Positions 23,548 to 35,923 are shown, counted from the stretch's first letter. The stretch is 64,000 nt of DNA from an uncultured Chthonomonadaceae bacterium (GCA_963835065.1 CAWIEK010000053.1:416001-480000), one strand, 5' to 3'. The notes: a model not told the origin generated them from the sequence alone. Translations and numbers: made by a program.

Positions 23548-25011
23548 ATGACAGCTATTGAAACCAAGACGAAAATTGAGTATGAGCCGGTTGTGGGTAT
23601 GGAGTGCCATGCGGAACTGCTGACGGAAAGCAAAATGTTCTGCGGGTGCGAGAACAAGTTTGGCGGCGAGCCGAACACGCGCTGCTGCCCTGTGTGCATG
23701 GGGATGCCGGGTTCGTTGCCCGTGATGAACAAGAAGGCCGTTGAGCATGTCATGCGTACCGCACTGGCGCTCAATTGCCGCATCAACCCGGTTGCCAAAT
23801 TTGACCGCAAAAACTACTTTTATCCCGACCTGCCCAAAGGCTACCAGATCAGCGAGTATGACTTTCCGATTGGCGTCGAGGGATGGATGGACATTGATGT
23901 GAACGGCGAAACCAAGCGCATCCACATTCGCCGCGTTCATCTGGAAGAAGATACGGGCAAGCTGTTCCACGTCGCGGGCAACGACAGCTATGTGGATTTG
24001 AACCGCTCCGGCGTTCCCTTAATGGAAATCGTCACGGAATTTCCGCCCGACATCCATTCTTCCGAAGAAGCCCGCGCGTATCTGACAAAACTTCGCGCCA
24101 TTCTCACGTATATTGACGTATGTGACGGTAAAATGGAAGAGGGGTCGCTGCGCTGTGAGCCGAACGTGTCCATACGCCCCAAAGGTTCCGGCACGTTCGG
24201 AACCAAGTCCGAGATTAAGAACCTGAACTCGTTCCGAGCGGTGCAGAAGGGCATTGATTTTGAAGTGGCGCGGCAGGCCGAACTACTGGAGCGCGGCGAA
24301 ACCATACGGCAGGAAACGCGGGGCTGGAACGACGCCAAGCAGGAAACGTTTGCGCAGCGCAGCAAGGAAGTGGAGCAGGAATACCGCTATTTCCCCGAAC
24401 CCGACCTGGTTCCCCTGCACATCACGCCCGAATGGATCGCGGAAGTTCGCGCGTCCATGCCCGAACTGCCCGATGCGCGTAAAGCCCGCTTCATGTCCAC
24501 GTTCGAACTTTCTTCTGTAGATGCCGGGTGGCTGACCGATTCGCGCCCCATCGCCGATTACTTCGAGCAGACCGCGCAGATCAGCAGCAACGGCAAGGGC
24601 GCGGCCAACTGGATCATGGGCGATTTGAGCAAACTGCTTAACGCGGCGGGCAAAGACATTACGGCCTGCCCGATTACGCCCGCTAATCTCGCCGCCCTGC
24701 TACAGATGATCGCGGACGGCATTGTCAGCGGCACGATTGCGAAAGAACTGCTGGAAAGAATGTTCGCAACGGGTGAAGAGCCGAACCTCATTGCTGACCG
24801 CGAAGGCTTGAAAACCGTCAAGGACACGGGCGCGCTGCAAGCCATTGTGGACAAAGTGTTTGCCGAAAACGCGGATGTGGTAACGGCCATCAAGGAAAAA
24901 GGCCTGGTCAACAAGCGCGGCTTTCTCGTCGGGCAGGTAATGAAAGCCGGAGGCGGTAAGATTGACCCGAAAGACGTCAACGCGGCGGTGGACGAGAAAC
25001 TGAAAGAGTGA
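23548..25011 (+). CDS. gatB: Asp/Glu-tRNA amidotransferase subunit B
   Basis: [43 protein letters not shown]. Confidence 0.96.
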   Translation: MTAIETKTKIEYEPVVGMECHAELLTESKMFCGCENKFGGEPNTRCCPVCMGMPGSLPVMNKKAVEHVMRTALALNCRINPVAKFDRKNYFYPDLPKGYQISEYDFPIGVEGWMDIDVNGETKRIHIRRVHLEEDTGKLFHVAGNDSYVDLNRSGVPLMEIVTEFPPDIHSSEEARAYLTKLRAILTYIDVCDGKMEEGSLRCEPNVSIRPKGSGTFGTKSEIKNLNSFRAVQKGIDFEVARQAELLERGETIRQETRGWNDAKQETFAQRSKEVEQEYRYFPEPDLVPLHITPEWIAEVRASMPELPDARKARFMSTFELSSVDAGWLTDSRPIADYFEQTAQISSNGKGAANWIMGDLSKLLNAAGKDITACPITPANLAALLQMIADGIVSGTIAKELLERMFATGEEPNLIADREGLKTVKDTGALQAIVDKVFAENADVVTAIKEKGLVNKRGFLVGQVMKAGGGKIDPKDVNAAVDEKLKE

Positions 25012-25094
25012 CTTTTCTTATGCGTCAAACCTTTATCTGAACCATGATTTATATGATTTTGATTATTACCATGATGAACAGGATTTACCGAAAG

Positions 25095-27231
25095 ATGCAG
25101 TTAGAGCAGGCACACGGCAGCCTGAATACGCGAGTGGTTTCCCCGGCAATGCGGAGAGTGGCTACAGGCTTGGCTAATCGGCCAGCGAATAGAATCAAAC
25201 GGGAGAGTTGTACGTCTGCAACAATAGGCGCGCTCCTATTTTCGGTCCTTTGCGCTCCTGTACAAGGGCAGGCCGCGCAGGGTGGGAATGGGACGGCGAA
25301 ATCGCCTGCCCTGCCGAATGCGACGCAGGCTGCGCCTTCCCCTGTCCCGGTTACGCTGGCCTCGCTGGACGCGGAATTACAAACGACGGTGAAAAATGCG
25401 CCCGATGCCGCGAAATGGCCGGGGCAGGATTACGTGACGCTGCTGGATTCGGGGGATGTGACGGCGCAGGCGGATGGAACGCTGATACGACGCTATCGCG
25501 TGATTCGGAAACTGTTTCGGGAAAGCGCCCGCAGTCAGGCCGAAATCAGCCTTTCCTACTCGCCGCTTTCTGAAACGATGACCGTGCTTCATGCCCGCAC
25601 CATACAGGCGGACGGACAGGTTCGGGAAGTGGCGGCGGCGGACGTTCGCGCCAACAACGGCGGCAGCGCGTATCCTTTGTATGAGGACATGCGCTCCATG
25701 AGTTTTTCCCTGCCCGGCATCGAAGACAACTGCGTGATAGATTACGAATGGGAAGTGAAAGACCGACCGCTGCTTCCCGGCCAGTTCTGGCGCGGTTGGC
25801 GCTTCAACGGCACATCTCCGGTTATGCGCAGCCGCTTCGTCGCGCATGTTCCCGCCGACAAGACCGTGCGCTATCAGGTAGTCAAAGCCAACACGATTAC
25901 GGAGGAGGCCGCGTGGAAGCCTGTGATCTCGTTTTCCGCCGATGGCAAAACGCGAACCTACGCCTGGGAACACGCCAACATTGCGCCCCTTGCCGACGAG
26001 CCGGGGATGCCTCCATACTATCTTATCAATACTCGGGCAATAGTCAGCAGTCTGAACTCCTGGCAGGCGGCTGCGGATTGGTACTGGAAGCTGTATCAGC
26101 CGCGCGCCGTTGCCAATGACGCCATTCGCGCCAAAGCAAACGCGCTGATTGCCGGCAAATCTACGGACGAGGCCAAAGCCCGCGCCGTGTACGACTGGGT
26201 TGCCAACCATGTGCGCTATGTGGGATTGGAGTTCGGCGTTTCCGCGTATCAGCCGCATGATGCCGCCGTCACCTTTGATAAACTGTACGGCGATTGCAAA
26301 GACAAGGCTACGCTGCTGATTACGATGCTCGGCGTGGCGGGCATCAAAGTCTGTCATGTCCTTCTCAGCGCCAATGACAGCCGAACCGTTCACGCCTTCC
26401 TGCCCGATCTGAGTTGGTTTGACCACTGTATTGTAGCGGCGGACATTGGCGGCAAAAATGTGTGGCTGGACGCCACTTCCGAGTTCCTGCGCGTATGGCG
26501 ACATTCCGATTGAAGACAGGGGCGCGGACGCGCTGGTAATTCGTGACGGCATCGGCAAATTTGAATTAATTCCGCCCTACCGTCCCGAACAAAACGGCCT
26601 ACAGGTGGAAGGCGAAGTTCACCACGACAAGGCAGGCAAGCGCATTGCGAACCTGCAAATTACCGCGATTGGGAGCGCGGCGCAGGGCTGGCGCGCTTCG
26701 TTTCGCGCCATGACGCCACAGCAACGCCATGATTTCGCGGCGGGCATTTTTCATGCGGATGACAACGATATGAAGGTCACGCAGTCTGTTTTCCCCGATG
26801 AAAAGGAGAAGTCCGACCCGTTTCTGATAAAATGTGGGCTTGCCTCTAGTGAAGCTGAAGCGGACAACAATGCTGCGATCACGTATGAAACGGGCATTGC
26901 GTTCCACCTGGGCGACCCACTGCCGCTCACGCTGGAAACCCGAACGCAGCCCCTTGTGATGCTGGCGCAGCAGCATCGCGTTCACGTCGTTTTTGATATA
27001 CCGAAAGGATACATTGCCGCATCCCTGCCGCCCGATGTGTCGCTGTCCGGGCCGCTGCATCATTACGAAAAGAAAACGGTTGTTTCCAAAGATAATAAAA
27101 CAGTCACGCTTTCCATCACGGACACCACTGAAGCGGGACAGGTGATGCCGGACAAGTACGCCGCGTTGAAAACCTACGTCAAAAAGGTTGCGGATGTGCT
27201 GAAACAAGACATTGTTCTGATCAGGCATTAG
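25095..27231 (+). CDS. DUF3857 + transglutaminase-like protein, frameshift near 26490
   Basis: HVRYVGLEFG, YGDCKDKATLL, FDHCI, WLDAT; continues in ORF 26446-27231. Confidence 0.8.
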
Positions 27232-27321
27232 ACAGGTTTGACTGTTGGGCATAAAGCGCCCAATAGTAAATGACAGGTTCCTACCCTTGCGTTCAAAATT
27301 ACCTTTACTCTCAACAGTGTT

Positions 27322-28536
27322 TTGCCGCAAACTGCGTTTTCTGTTATACGCAAGCGCTTTGCTGGCTTTTTCGGCCGCTTGCCTGTCGTACGCGCCGACC
27401 GCGTGGATGACCTGATAAAGCAGCTTGGCTCGCCGCACGTTTCCCTGCGTTCGGATGCGGCGGAAGCGCTGGTGCATGAAAAGAACAAACGCGCTATTCC
27501 TGCCCTGATTACGGCCTCCGGGGATGGGGTGGAGTCGGTGCGGGGGCAGGCCGTGCGCGCGCTGGCTTCTACGGTTGGGAAAAGCGATACGGCTTTGCTG
27601 CTGAGCGCTTTGAGCGACCGGGGCAATGCGTACCGGCGAACGGGCGCGGCGATCTTGTTGGGCATTGTAGGCGATAAAAGCGCGGCGAATGGCCTTGCGA
27701 TTGCCGTGAAAGACCCGGATGCGGGAGTACGGGGGGCGGCGACAGAAGCGTTGGGCAGTTTGGGGGATGCGCGGGCCGGGGATGCGCTGCGCCCGCTCTT
27801 GTCAGACCCGAACCCGCGCGTCCGCTTGAAAGCCGCAAGCGCGTTGGGGCGAATACGCGATAAAGCCAGCGTAACCCCGCTTCTTGCCCTGCTGCGCGAC
27901 CCGCGCCGGGATGTGCAGAGCGCGGCTGCGGTTGCGCTTGCGGGCATTGGCGACAAATCCGCCGTGCCCACCTTGCTCCAAATTGCAAAAAGCAGCGAGG
28001 CGCAGCCGTTCGGATTGCGCTTTTACGCCGCTTATACGTTGGGATCGCTTGGAGATCGAAGCGCCACGCCCCTGCTGATTGCCGGATTGCAGGATCGGGA
28101 CAAATACCTGCGCAGCCAGGCGGCTGGCGCGCTCGGCCTGCTGCGCGACCCGCGCGCTGTGGAGCCGCTCACCCGTACCTTGCGTCAGGATGCGTTTGTC
28201 TTGGCGCGCTGGACGGCGGCGCAGGCGTTGGGCAATATCCGCGATAAACGCGCTGTCGGCCCATTATGCAAAGGTTTGAAAGACGCCAATGAGGACGTGC
28301 GCGAACAAAGCGCGAAAGCGTTGGGCAAAATCGGCGACAAGTCCGCCGTGCCTGCCTTAATAGGGGTTTTTAGCGACAGCGACGAAGCCATTCCGAAAGC
28401 CGCCGTGCTTGCCATCGGGCGCATTGGCGACCCCGCCGCGCTGCCACAAGTTCGGACGCTGCTCACTCACAAAGACCCGACGGTTCGGCAGGCCGCCTCG
28501 GATGTCGTTGCCATGCTGTCGCCGAGTAAGAAGTAA
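27322..28536 (+). CDS. HEAT repeat (PBS lyase-like) protein
   Basis: Repeated L.D....VR..AA.ALG.IGD..AV. Confidence 0.88.
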   Translation: MPQTAFSVIRKRFAGFFGRLPVVRADRVDDLIKQLGSPHVSLRSDAAEALVHEKNKRAIPALITASGDGVESVRGQAVRALASTVGKSDTALLLSALSDRGNAYRRTGAAILLGIVGDKSAANGLAIAVKDPDAGVRGAATEALGSLGDARAGDALRPLLSDPNPRVRLKAASALGRIRDKASVTPLLALLRDPRRDVQSAAAVALAGIGDKSAVPTLLQIAKSSEAQPFGLRFYAAYTLGSLGDRSATPLLIAGLQDRDKYLRSQAAGALGLLRDPRAVEPLTRTLRQDAFVLARWTAAQALGNIRDKRAVGPLCKGLKDANEDVREQSAKALGKIGDKSAVPALIGVFSDSDEAIPKAAVLAIGRIGDPAALPQVRTLLTHKDPTVRQAASDVVAMLSPSKK

Positions 28537-28680
28537 TCGGTATTCAGGTGTTCAGGTGTTGGCAGGAAATTGGTCATCTGAATGAACTACGGGCTGGTGT
28601 TGGTTCCTGAAAATGGAACGGTTTTAGGACAGTGCCTGAACACCTGAACACCGAAATCGTTTATTTTGGATCTATTCATT

Positions 28681-29487
28681 ATGCCATTTTGTTTTCACAT
28701 ATCTCGGATTTGCAGCGCTGCCTTATTTTGTATTGTGGGCATGGGCGCGTTGTTTGCGTCACCCATTGAAGCGCAGACGCCGGTTCCACAGGATAAGCCT
28801 GTGCCGCCGTCCGCTTCGCATCCTGAAATCGGCAAACCGCAAACCATGAAAACGCCTGCTGCCCTGAAGTCACCGGCAACGAAAGCGCCTGCCCTGTATC
28901 CGACAAGCGCGGAAGAAACGGCGGATGCTATTCTGGCCGACAGCCTGGAGCGCCTTTCCGAGAAAACGGATGCCCATTTTCATGAAGGCGAGTACAACCA
29001 CGCGATTAACCTGAACCGCATTATCATGCAAGGCGATCCGCACAATGTGGAAGCGTTCGGCAATGTGGCGTATCTACTGTGGAGTACGAGCCGCAGCGAT
29101 CAGGCGGTTGAGGTTCTGAAACAGGGAATCGAAGCCAATCCCGACACGTATTATATGTATGATGAAATGGGCAATCACTACTGGCTCCACTTGAAGGACC
29201 CGACTGCCGCCCTTCCCTACTATGAAAAAGCCGTGACGTTCAAATGTCCCTGGGCGACGTGGCACAGCCTGGCGCTGTGCTACGAAAAAACAAGTCAGTG
29301 GGACAAGGCGGTTTCCGCATGGGAAAACGCGGCGCGTTTCCCGGATGACAAAGTGGCTCCCGGTCGGCTGGAACGCGCCCGGCAGGAACGCGACAAACAC
29401 AAAGCCGATACTGACAAAAGCAATAGCGACAAAACCAGCAGCGACAAAAGCAACAGTGGTAAAACCGACAACAAACAAGAACGATAA
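28681..29487 (+). CDS. Secreted TPR protein
   Basis: Signal peptide, TPR-like helices, DKS.S low-complexity tail. Confidence 0.7.
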   Translation: MPFCFHISRICSAALFCIVGMGALFASPIEAQTPVPQDKPVPPSASHPEIGKPQTMKTPAALKSPATKAPALYPTSAEETADAILADSLERLSEKTDAHFHEGEYNHAINLNRIIMQGDPHNVEAFGNVAYLLWSTSRSDQAVEVLKQGIEANPDTYYMYDEMGNHYWLHLKDPTAALPYYEKAVTFKCPWATWHSLALCYEKTSQWDKAVSAWENAARFPDDKVAPGRLERARQERDKHKADTDKSNSDKTSSDKSNSGKTDNKQER

Positions 29488-29528
29488 CGACACAAGCCGC
29501 CGCGTCAATTGTAAAGGATAATTCCGCC

Positions 29529-29807
29529 ATGTTCTTTGCCTCCGCCACATTCGGGAGTATTCTCGCTTCCCTGCTGGATTTATTGACGACCTTGATTGTC
29601 GTGGAATGGGCGGTCACGTGGCTGGTGCTGTTTCGCGTATTGTCGGAGTCTTCACCCTTTGTAACAGCCGTCAAGAAACTGACCGACCCAATTCTTGATC
29701 CGATTCGCCGCGTAATTCCGCCCCGCGCATTCGGCGGCATTGACATTTCGCCCGCTATCGCCATTGTGGTTATTCAGATGGTCGCAAGCCTGCTGCGTTC
29801 GCTGTAA
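29529..29807 (+). CDS. YggT family membrane protein
   Basis: LTDPILDPIRRVIPP..GGIDISP. Confidence 0.88.
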   Translation: MFFASATFGSILASLLDLLTTLIVVEWAVTWLVLFRVLSESSPFVTAVKKLTDPILDPIRRVIPPRAFGGIDISPAIAIVVIQMVASLLRSL

Positions 29808-29890
29808 AGAACCTTGCCAAAGCAGGCGAATACAAAAGACTACGCAGCAAAGAAGCATTATCGAAGCGCCGTCACCTAAAGAAACTGCTC

Positions 29891-32110
29891 ATGACCTATG
29901 ACAATCCCACGCCGGAGTTGCCGACTAGCGCGCCGGAGTTGCCATCTGCCGCATCGGAAATGCCGAGTAATGCGCCGGAGGCATTGCCCCCAACGCGCCG
30001 CCAGCGTTTGCGGCTCCAGATGGAGGCCGCGCTCCTCAACCGACGCCTGCTGACGGTAACATTGCTGCTTTTGCTGACGGGATTGGTGGCGCGAACCCTG
30101 CTGTTTGCCCGCGAAACGCCGTCCCGCCGCGCCCTGTCGAGCCTGTACATGGATTCGTATGACGCCCTCAGCGCGACCAAATCCGCCTACACTCCCGGCC
30201 TGATTTTTAACGATCCTTCAGCGCAGCCCGGTTCTGCTTCCTCGTCCTTGCTTGCTTTGCGGAACGCATCGGGTGAAAAGAACCATAATGCGGCATCCGG
30301 TTCCGGCGACGGTTCCAATACTTCAATGTCCGGCGCTCATGCGGCGACGGGTTCTGCGCGTCCACCTGCGCAGATTGTTCGTTCCGCCACTGCGCCCGAT
30401 GCCACTTCTGGCCGCTCCACTTCTGCCCGTTTCACAAAAAAAACGCTGGCGCAGGCGCGGGGCGAGCAGGCCGCGCAAAAGTGGCGCGATGCCGCCCAAA
30501 GCAAGCAGGCGCAGGCGGCGGAGTGGCGGCGGTTGGGCATTGTTCTGGCGTTGTTCCATCGTCCGGGCGTACTGGAAGCGCTGGCGCATGTGGCCGACAA
30601 GTTTCCGCCGCTTCCTGTTTCCGAATCGTCTCCTGGCCGCGCCTCGATGCAGACCGGCAACAGCAACATAGACCCGTTTGGGCACGGACGGACGGGCGTC
30701 AGCGTGGCGCAGGAAGTGGCTGCCTGGCAAGCGGTGTATGGGGCGCAGAAAGTGACGGCGGCGCAGGCAGTCGGTTTGCGCAATACGCTGCAGCAGCTTC
30801 GGCTTGGCTGGTTTGAAAACATCGCGCTGGCGCACCTGTACCAGAAAGCGGGGCTTCATGCCGATGCAGTGCGGGCGGCGGAGGAAGCCAATCGCACGGC
30901 AAGTTCCGTCCGGGCGTATGAGAACACCGAAATCAATATCATGCTGTTCGGCTTTGTCGGGCTGTTTTTCGGGGGTGTTTTCGCGCTTGTCCGTTTTCTG
31001 CAAAGCCATCGAAACCGCCGCGATGCCAAAGCCGCCCAAGCCTTTTTCATTCAAATGCAGGCCATCCCGCCGCCGCCCGCCCCGTTCAACGTTCCGAGCG
31101 TTTATGCGCCCCCGTCGCAGCCGCAGGCAGAAGGAATTGCCGCGCCGATGTACCCGGCGTATCCGGCAGGCCAATTTCAAGTCCCTGCGCAAACGGGTGG
31201 CGGACAGCCCCTGCCCAACTTTGTCGCGCCTTCCGCCCCTTTGCTTCCCCAACAGCATAGCGCAACCTCCCGTATGGCTTCCGGGCAGCGCAATGCGGCA
31301 CAGGCGGACGCCGGCGACACAAGCCGCCTTAAATTTCTATCGCAATGGCTTCCCGCTTCCCGCGCTGATGTTGCTGCCGCCCTGCTGCTGGCGTTTATTT
31401 TGTACCTTGTCGGGCATACGGGGTTGGGGCTGCTGACGCGGTATGCCCTGCGCCCGTTTTCCGCGCGCCTGGATGCTATGACCACTTCGCAGCTGATGCG
31501 CCTGGAATGGACGCTTCAGTTTGCGCTGTACATACCGGTCATGCTGCTGCCCCTGCTGGCGCTGCGGGCGCGGCTTGCGCGTTACCGGCAGGCGGGGGAA
31601 GCCTTGAAGTTAAGGGAACTGCTGGCGCATCTTGGCTATCGTACCCGCAGCCTGCCTGCCGAAATAAAAACGGCGGTGTTCGGGTATATTTTACTGGCTC
31701 CATTCCTGCTGCTGGCCGGCCTAGTTTCCCACGCGCTGTTCCACAATTTTCACACGCCGGTCAATCCCGCGCAGTTCGAGACAATGGCCGCGCAGCAGAT
31801 GGTGGACAAAGTATTGATTTTCGCGCTGGCGGCGGTGGTCGCGCCGATTGTGGAAGAAACCATGTTTCGCGGCCTGCTGTACTCGGCGTTACGCGCCCGG
31901 TTCGGCATTGGCGGCGCGGCGATGCTGTCCGCCGCCGCGTTTTCGCTCGTCCATCCGACCCTGCCGGGCGGCTTCCTGACGATCTGGGCTATCGGCATCG
32001 CGCTCGCCCTCGTGTATGAGCGGCGCGGTTCGCTCGTACCCGGCATAATTTTACACGGCATCCACAACGGGCTGATTACATTGTTGGGGTTTGCAGTATT
32101 TGGAAAGTGA
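29891..32110 (+). CDS. CPBP (CAAX/Abi) intramembrane metalloprotease with long N-terminal region
   Basis: APIVEETMFRG, FSLVH, LHGIHN. Confidence 0.85.
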   Translation: MTYDNPTPELPTSAPELPSAASEMPSNAPEALPPTRRQRLRLQMEAALLNRRLLTVTLLLLLTGLVARTLLFARETPSRRALSSLYMDSYDALSATKSAYTPGLIFNDPSAQPGSASSSLLALRNASGEKNHNAASGSGDGSNTSMSGAHAATGSARPPAQIVRSATAPDATSGRSTSARFTKKTLAQARGEQAAQKWRDAAQSKQAQAAEWRRLGIVLALFHRPGVLEALAHVADKFPPLPVSESSPGRASMQTGNSNIDPFGHGRTGVSVAQEVAAWQAVYGAQKVTAAQAVGLRNTLQQLRLGWFENIALAHLYQKAGLHADAVRAAEEANRTASSVRAYENTEINIMLFGFVGLFFGGVFALVRFLQSHRNRRDAKAAQAFFIQMQAIPPPPAPFNVPSVYAPPSQPQAEGIAAPMYPAYPAGQFQVPAQTGGGQPLPNFVAPSAPLLPQQHSATSRMASGQRNAAQADAGDTSRLKFLSQWLPASRADVAAALLLAFILYLVGHTGLGLLTRYALRPFSARLDAMTTSQLMRLEWTLQFALYIPVMLLPLLALRARLARYRQAGEALKLRELLAHLGYRTRSLPAEIKTAVFGYILLAPFLLLAGLVSHALFHNFHTPVNPAQFETMAAQQMVDKVLIFALAAVVAPIVEETMFRGLLYSALRARFGIGGAAMLSAAAFSLVHPTLPGGFLTIWAIGIALALVYERRGSLVPGIILHGIHNGLITLLGFAVFGK

Positions 32111-32215
32111 TAAAGGATGAGGAAATGATGAGTGATGAGTGATGAGTGATGAATGGCGATTCTTATTCATCACTCATCATTCATCACTCATCATTCCTCC
32201 TGATAAGGAGACAAA

Positions 32216-32464
32216 ATGGCGCAAGTAAAAGTGTTTGTGACGCTGAAGCCTACGCTGCTGGATGCGCAGGGGCGGGTGGTGCAGGAAGCCCTTCATTCGA
32301 TGGGCTATGCGGATGTCAGCGAGGTGCGGATCGGCAAGTACATGGAACTGGAAGTCCGTGAGGACAAGGGGGGGGCGGGCGTGGAAGCGCAGGTGAAAGA
32401 GATGTGCGACCGCCTGCTTGCCAACCCCGTGATTGAAAACTACCGCTACGAGGTGACAAAATGA
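32216..32464 (+). CDS. purS: FGAM synthase subunit PurS
   Basis: [19 protein letters not shown]. Confidence 0.95.
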   Translation: MAQVKVFVTLKPTLLDAQGRVVQEALHSMGYADVSEVRIGKYMELEVREDKGGAGVEAQVKEMCDRLLANPVIENYRYEVTK

Positions 32465-33210
32465 CCGCAATCGCTATTCCCACGCCGCCGAAAACGGGTG
32501 GACGCGCGCCGAAGTTCGCGGTTGTGCGCTTTCCTGGCTCCAACTGCGATCAGGACGCCTATTATGCGCTCAAAGACGTGCTGGGCGTACCTGTAGAATA
32601 CGTGTGGCATCAGGATACGAGTTTGAAGGGCTATGACGTGGTGGTGCTGCCGGGCGGGTTCTCGTATGGCGATTATTTGCGCACGGGCGCGGTAGCGCGG
32701 TTCGCGCCGATTATGGACGCGGTTCGCGCCCATGCGGAGCGGGGCGGGTTCGTGATCGGCATTTGCAACGGCTTTCAGGTGCTGTGCGAGGCGCATCTGC
32801 TTCCGGGCGCATTGGTGCGCAACGCGGGCTGCAAGTTCGTGTGCAAGTTCGCCGGCCTGCGCGTGGAAAACAACCGGACGCCGTTCACCAGCGCGTACAA
32901 AGCGGGGCAGGTGTTGCGTATCCCGGTGGCGCACGGTGAAGGCTGCTATGTGTGCGACGAGGCCACGCGGCTGGAACTGGAAGCGGGCGGGCGTATTTTG
33001 TTCCGCTACGTCAACGAACAGGGCGAACCGACAGCGAACGCCAACCTGAACGGCTCTCTGGACAGCATTGCCGGGATCGCCAACGCGCATTTCAACGTGA
33101 TCGGCCTGATGCCGCACCCGGAACGCGCCTGCGAGAAGATTTTAGGTTCCGCGGACGGACGCGGCATTTTCGCATCGGTGATACAGGCCACGCAGCTTGT
33201 TACAAAGTAG
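32461..33210 (+). CDS. purQ: FGAM synthase subunit PurQ
   Basis: [31 protein letters not shown]. Confidence 0.96.
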   Translation: MTAIAIPTPPKTGGRAPKFAVVRFPGSNCDQDAYYALKDVLGVPVEYVWHQDTSLKGYDVVVLPGGFSYGDYLRTGAVARFAPIMDAVRAHAERGGFVIGICNGFQVLCEAHLLPGALVRNAGCKFVCKFAGLRVENNRTPFTSAYKAGQVLRIPVAHGEGCYVCDEATRLELEAGGRILFRYVNEQGEPTANANLNGSLDSIAGIANAHFNVIGLMPHPERACEKILGSADGRGIFASVIQATQLVTK

Positions 33211-33880
33211 CCGTTGTCATCTTTCGCAGGGTTCGCTTGGAAGCGAACCCTCTGCTTTTGCCGGTGCTGGCGACAAAGCAACCGAAGCCGTCCATCGTCA
33301 ATGTGCCTGTGACGCTCTGGCTGCTGTTGGTGACGGTGCGTTCGCTGCCAAGTCCGTCAAAGAGCGGCGTTTCCCCATCCTTCCTGACAAGTTCGTTCCC
33401 ATACGTGTAGGTGGCCGTTGTCGTGCCGCTCTGCTTCTCCAACAGCACTTGCCCGCCATCGTACAAGAAGTTCGTGGTTGTTCCCCCTGCCGTTCGGCTG
33501 GTTCTTCGGCCTGCCGCATCGTAAGCGAAACTCACGACATTGCTGCCCTGCGTGATGGACGTGCAGTTGCCGTTGCTGTCATAACCATACGTCTTGTTCG
33601 TCCCTCCACTAATGCCCGTCAGCTTGTCATGGGCATCATAGGAGTACGTATCCGTGACACTGTTCAACGTTCTGGTATGACAGTTGTGGTTGTGGTCATA
33701 CGTGAAGGCAAGCGTATACCCTAAACCGTTTCCGTTGCTTCGGCTTTCTCCCGTGAGTTGGTCGGCGGTGTCATAGCCGAACGTGGTCACATCGCCATTG
33801 GTGTCCGTTCGTGTGGACACATTGCTGGCGTTGTCATAGCCGTAGTTGTAGTGGGCTAAGACGTTGGCGCTGCTGTCCTT
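33211..33880 (-). pseudogene. Chimeric Rhs repeat fragment lacking core cleavage motif and tip
   Basis: YD repeats near-identical to the main Rhs joined to a divergent Rhs segment; ends at the purQ stop. Confidence 0.75.
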
Positions 33881-33903
33881 AAGAGGCTGACATTCTCGCT
33901 GGA

Positions 33904-34326
33904 CTACATTTCTGGAGGTAGATTATGAACAGGATTAGAGCCAAGAGACGTAAGTATTCTGCTAGCAATAATGCTTAACTCTTCTTCCTGTTCGCTAATA
34001 GTTGGTTCTGTTGCCAATCGCACCAGTTCCGGACGCAAGCGATGAGCCAATTCCTCACATTCCTCAACAATGTGCAGTAGTATCCAGTACTTCCAGACAG
34101 CATCATTGGTATTTAGCACACGACGCACTTCAGAAACTAAAGGGACTCCAATCGTCGCCAGAAAAGGAGACAGTACCTGCGCGACGGGCCAATTATAGTC
34201 TTGTAGCCATTCCATAAGTTTTGGCAAGATTGGCGCGATTGTAGGGTACCCCAGAGCAATAATGGAGTTGGCTTTATCAGTATCACCTTTATCTTGTGGA
34301 AGCAGAGCCTTGAAATCATCTATCAT
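33904..34326 (-). CDS. DUF5071-like protein, probable cytoplasmic immunity protein
   Basis: LLPQDKGD...LMEWLQDYNWPVA...WKYW; AGGAG RBS; no signal peptide. Confidence 0.7.
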   Translation of the reverse strand: MIDDFKALLPQDKGDTDKANSIIALGYPTIAPILPKLMEWLQDYNWPVAQVLSPFLATIGVPLVSEVRRVLNTNDAVWKYWILLHIVEECEELAHRLRPELVRLATEPTISEQEEELSIIASRILTSLGSNPVHNLPPEM

Positions 34327-34481
34327 TATAACGCTCCTATGCGGATCAAATTGCGCCTGATACCCGCTTGCTTGCTTAACGACGTTAAAACACTGCGCTG
34401 AAAGTAGAATTCGTCTGCAAAGATTAGCGTTGCAGTCCATGAAGACGGTTTTATGTTCCAGAACAGTACGCTGGCAAACAC

Positions 34482-34583
34482 CTAGTACTCCATCAAGGTA
34501 GAACGCAGGGATAAATTTTGAGCCATTCGGCGTACCGCTAACCTCAAAAGCTATCCCTAGAAACTACCTTGATGGAGTACTAG
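34482..34583. mobile_element. MITE-like hairpin element
   Basis: CTAG-TACTCCATCAAGGTAG ... CTACCTTGATGGAGTA-CTAG with nested internal IRs. Confidence 0.65.
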
Positions 34584-34820
34584 CGCAAGTCGAGCAACAC
34601 CACAGAACTTGCATACTATGAGCCTAATTGTTGTGGTGCCAACTTCATAGTATGCTCAAGTATGGTTAAATTTAGATTATGCACCCGCCCAGTACAATCA
34701 GGCGGTCATCCACAGATGGAAGACGTAGTAACTGATGTTACGCAGCCAGGTTATTCGTTGAGATTGAACGCGCCGCTGTTGATCTGCAACACAATGCCGC
34801 TTCTTATCTCATAACACGCT

Positions 34821-35881
34821 CACCTGCGTAACATCAGAGAGTAACTAAATTCTCCATTCCTTTTTTGCGGCGGCTTTTGCTTAGGTTTTGGAACTGTGCC
34901 GGTTCCAATAATTGCGTCACGCACTTCAGTGGTACGCCGGTGGGGTTGGGGGGATGCCCCTTGCCGCGTGTGTCAGCCCACTCATCTAGTTCTTTCTGAG
35001 TCGGGGGCCGAATAGATACGTGCCCATCGCTTGACCTATGATTCTCCAAGCCCTTTAATTTGTCAATGTCAATTATCTGATATTTTTCGCCAGGCTTTGC
35101 GGCCTTTTCGGGGGTGTCATAGGTGGACAATCCGCGCTTTGGACCTTGCGTATCCTTCCCTGGCCGCGGTGTGAGATTATCATCAGAACTTGAACCACCT
35201 CGATAGACTCTCTTCTCTAGCCCTTCAGGATCAGTATCTTCAAGCGGGTTATTGTCGCAGTAGGCGTACTAGTTGGTTCCGTCCTGAATGGGGTCTTGGC
35301 TAAGGAACCTGCCGATGGAGGGGTCGTAGTAGCGGTGTCCAAGCAATTGCAGGCTGCTGTCGCTGTCGCTCTGGTACTGAGACTTTCCGACAAAGCCGAA
35401 GGGAGTAGGCGTAGTTCCGGTTCTGCTCAGGGTGTTGCCGAACGCATCGTAGAGCATACTGTCGGTGACGGCTTGGGTGCTGTCGGTGATGCCTCGTGTG
35501 CTGCCAAGCGCATCGGCGTGAAGGAACTTGCTCGCGCTTCCTCTTCGTTCCGACAGGCCGGGTGTGTACACAGCAGCTACCGTCTTTGAGAACCGCGCTT
35601 GCCGGAGAGGAACCGTCACAAACATAGTTCTTCGTGCCAGCTGCTGTCTACCTTCTGCGTTCTGCAAGTCTTCGCCATTGTAGGCAAAACTGTTCGTTGT
35701 GCTGCCTGGGTAGGTGATGGCTGTGACGCGGTTTTCCACATCATACGTGAGGCTGGTAACGCTGCTGCCAACGGTAACGGACGTGCAGTTGCCGTTGCTG
35801 TCGTAGCCATAGCTCTTGTTCGTGCCTCCGCTAATGCCCGTCAGCTTGTCATGGGCATCGTAGCTGTACGTGTCCGTGACC
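34821..35881 (-). pseudogene. Orphan Rhs cassette 7 with possible ADP-ribosyltransferase-like tip
   Basis: Rhs core, DPEGL then RVYRGG...GLST...GHVSI; TGG->TAG at 35269 and frameshifts. Confidence 0.7.
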
Positions 35882-35923
35882 GCGCTCCCGTACCCATTAC
35901 AGATTAACTCGATACGAACCTTA

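Noticed and set aside
25044..25094. ORF-track start of the DUF3857 gene
   Set aside because: The ATG lies inside the palindromic repeat half-copy; the real start is likely downstream.
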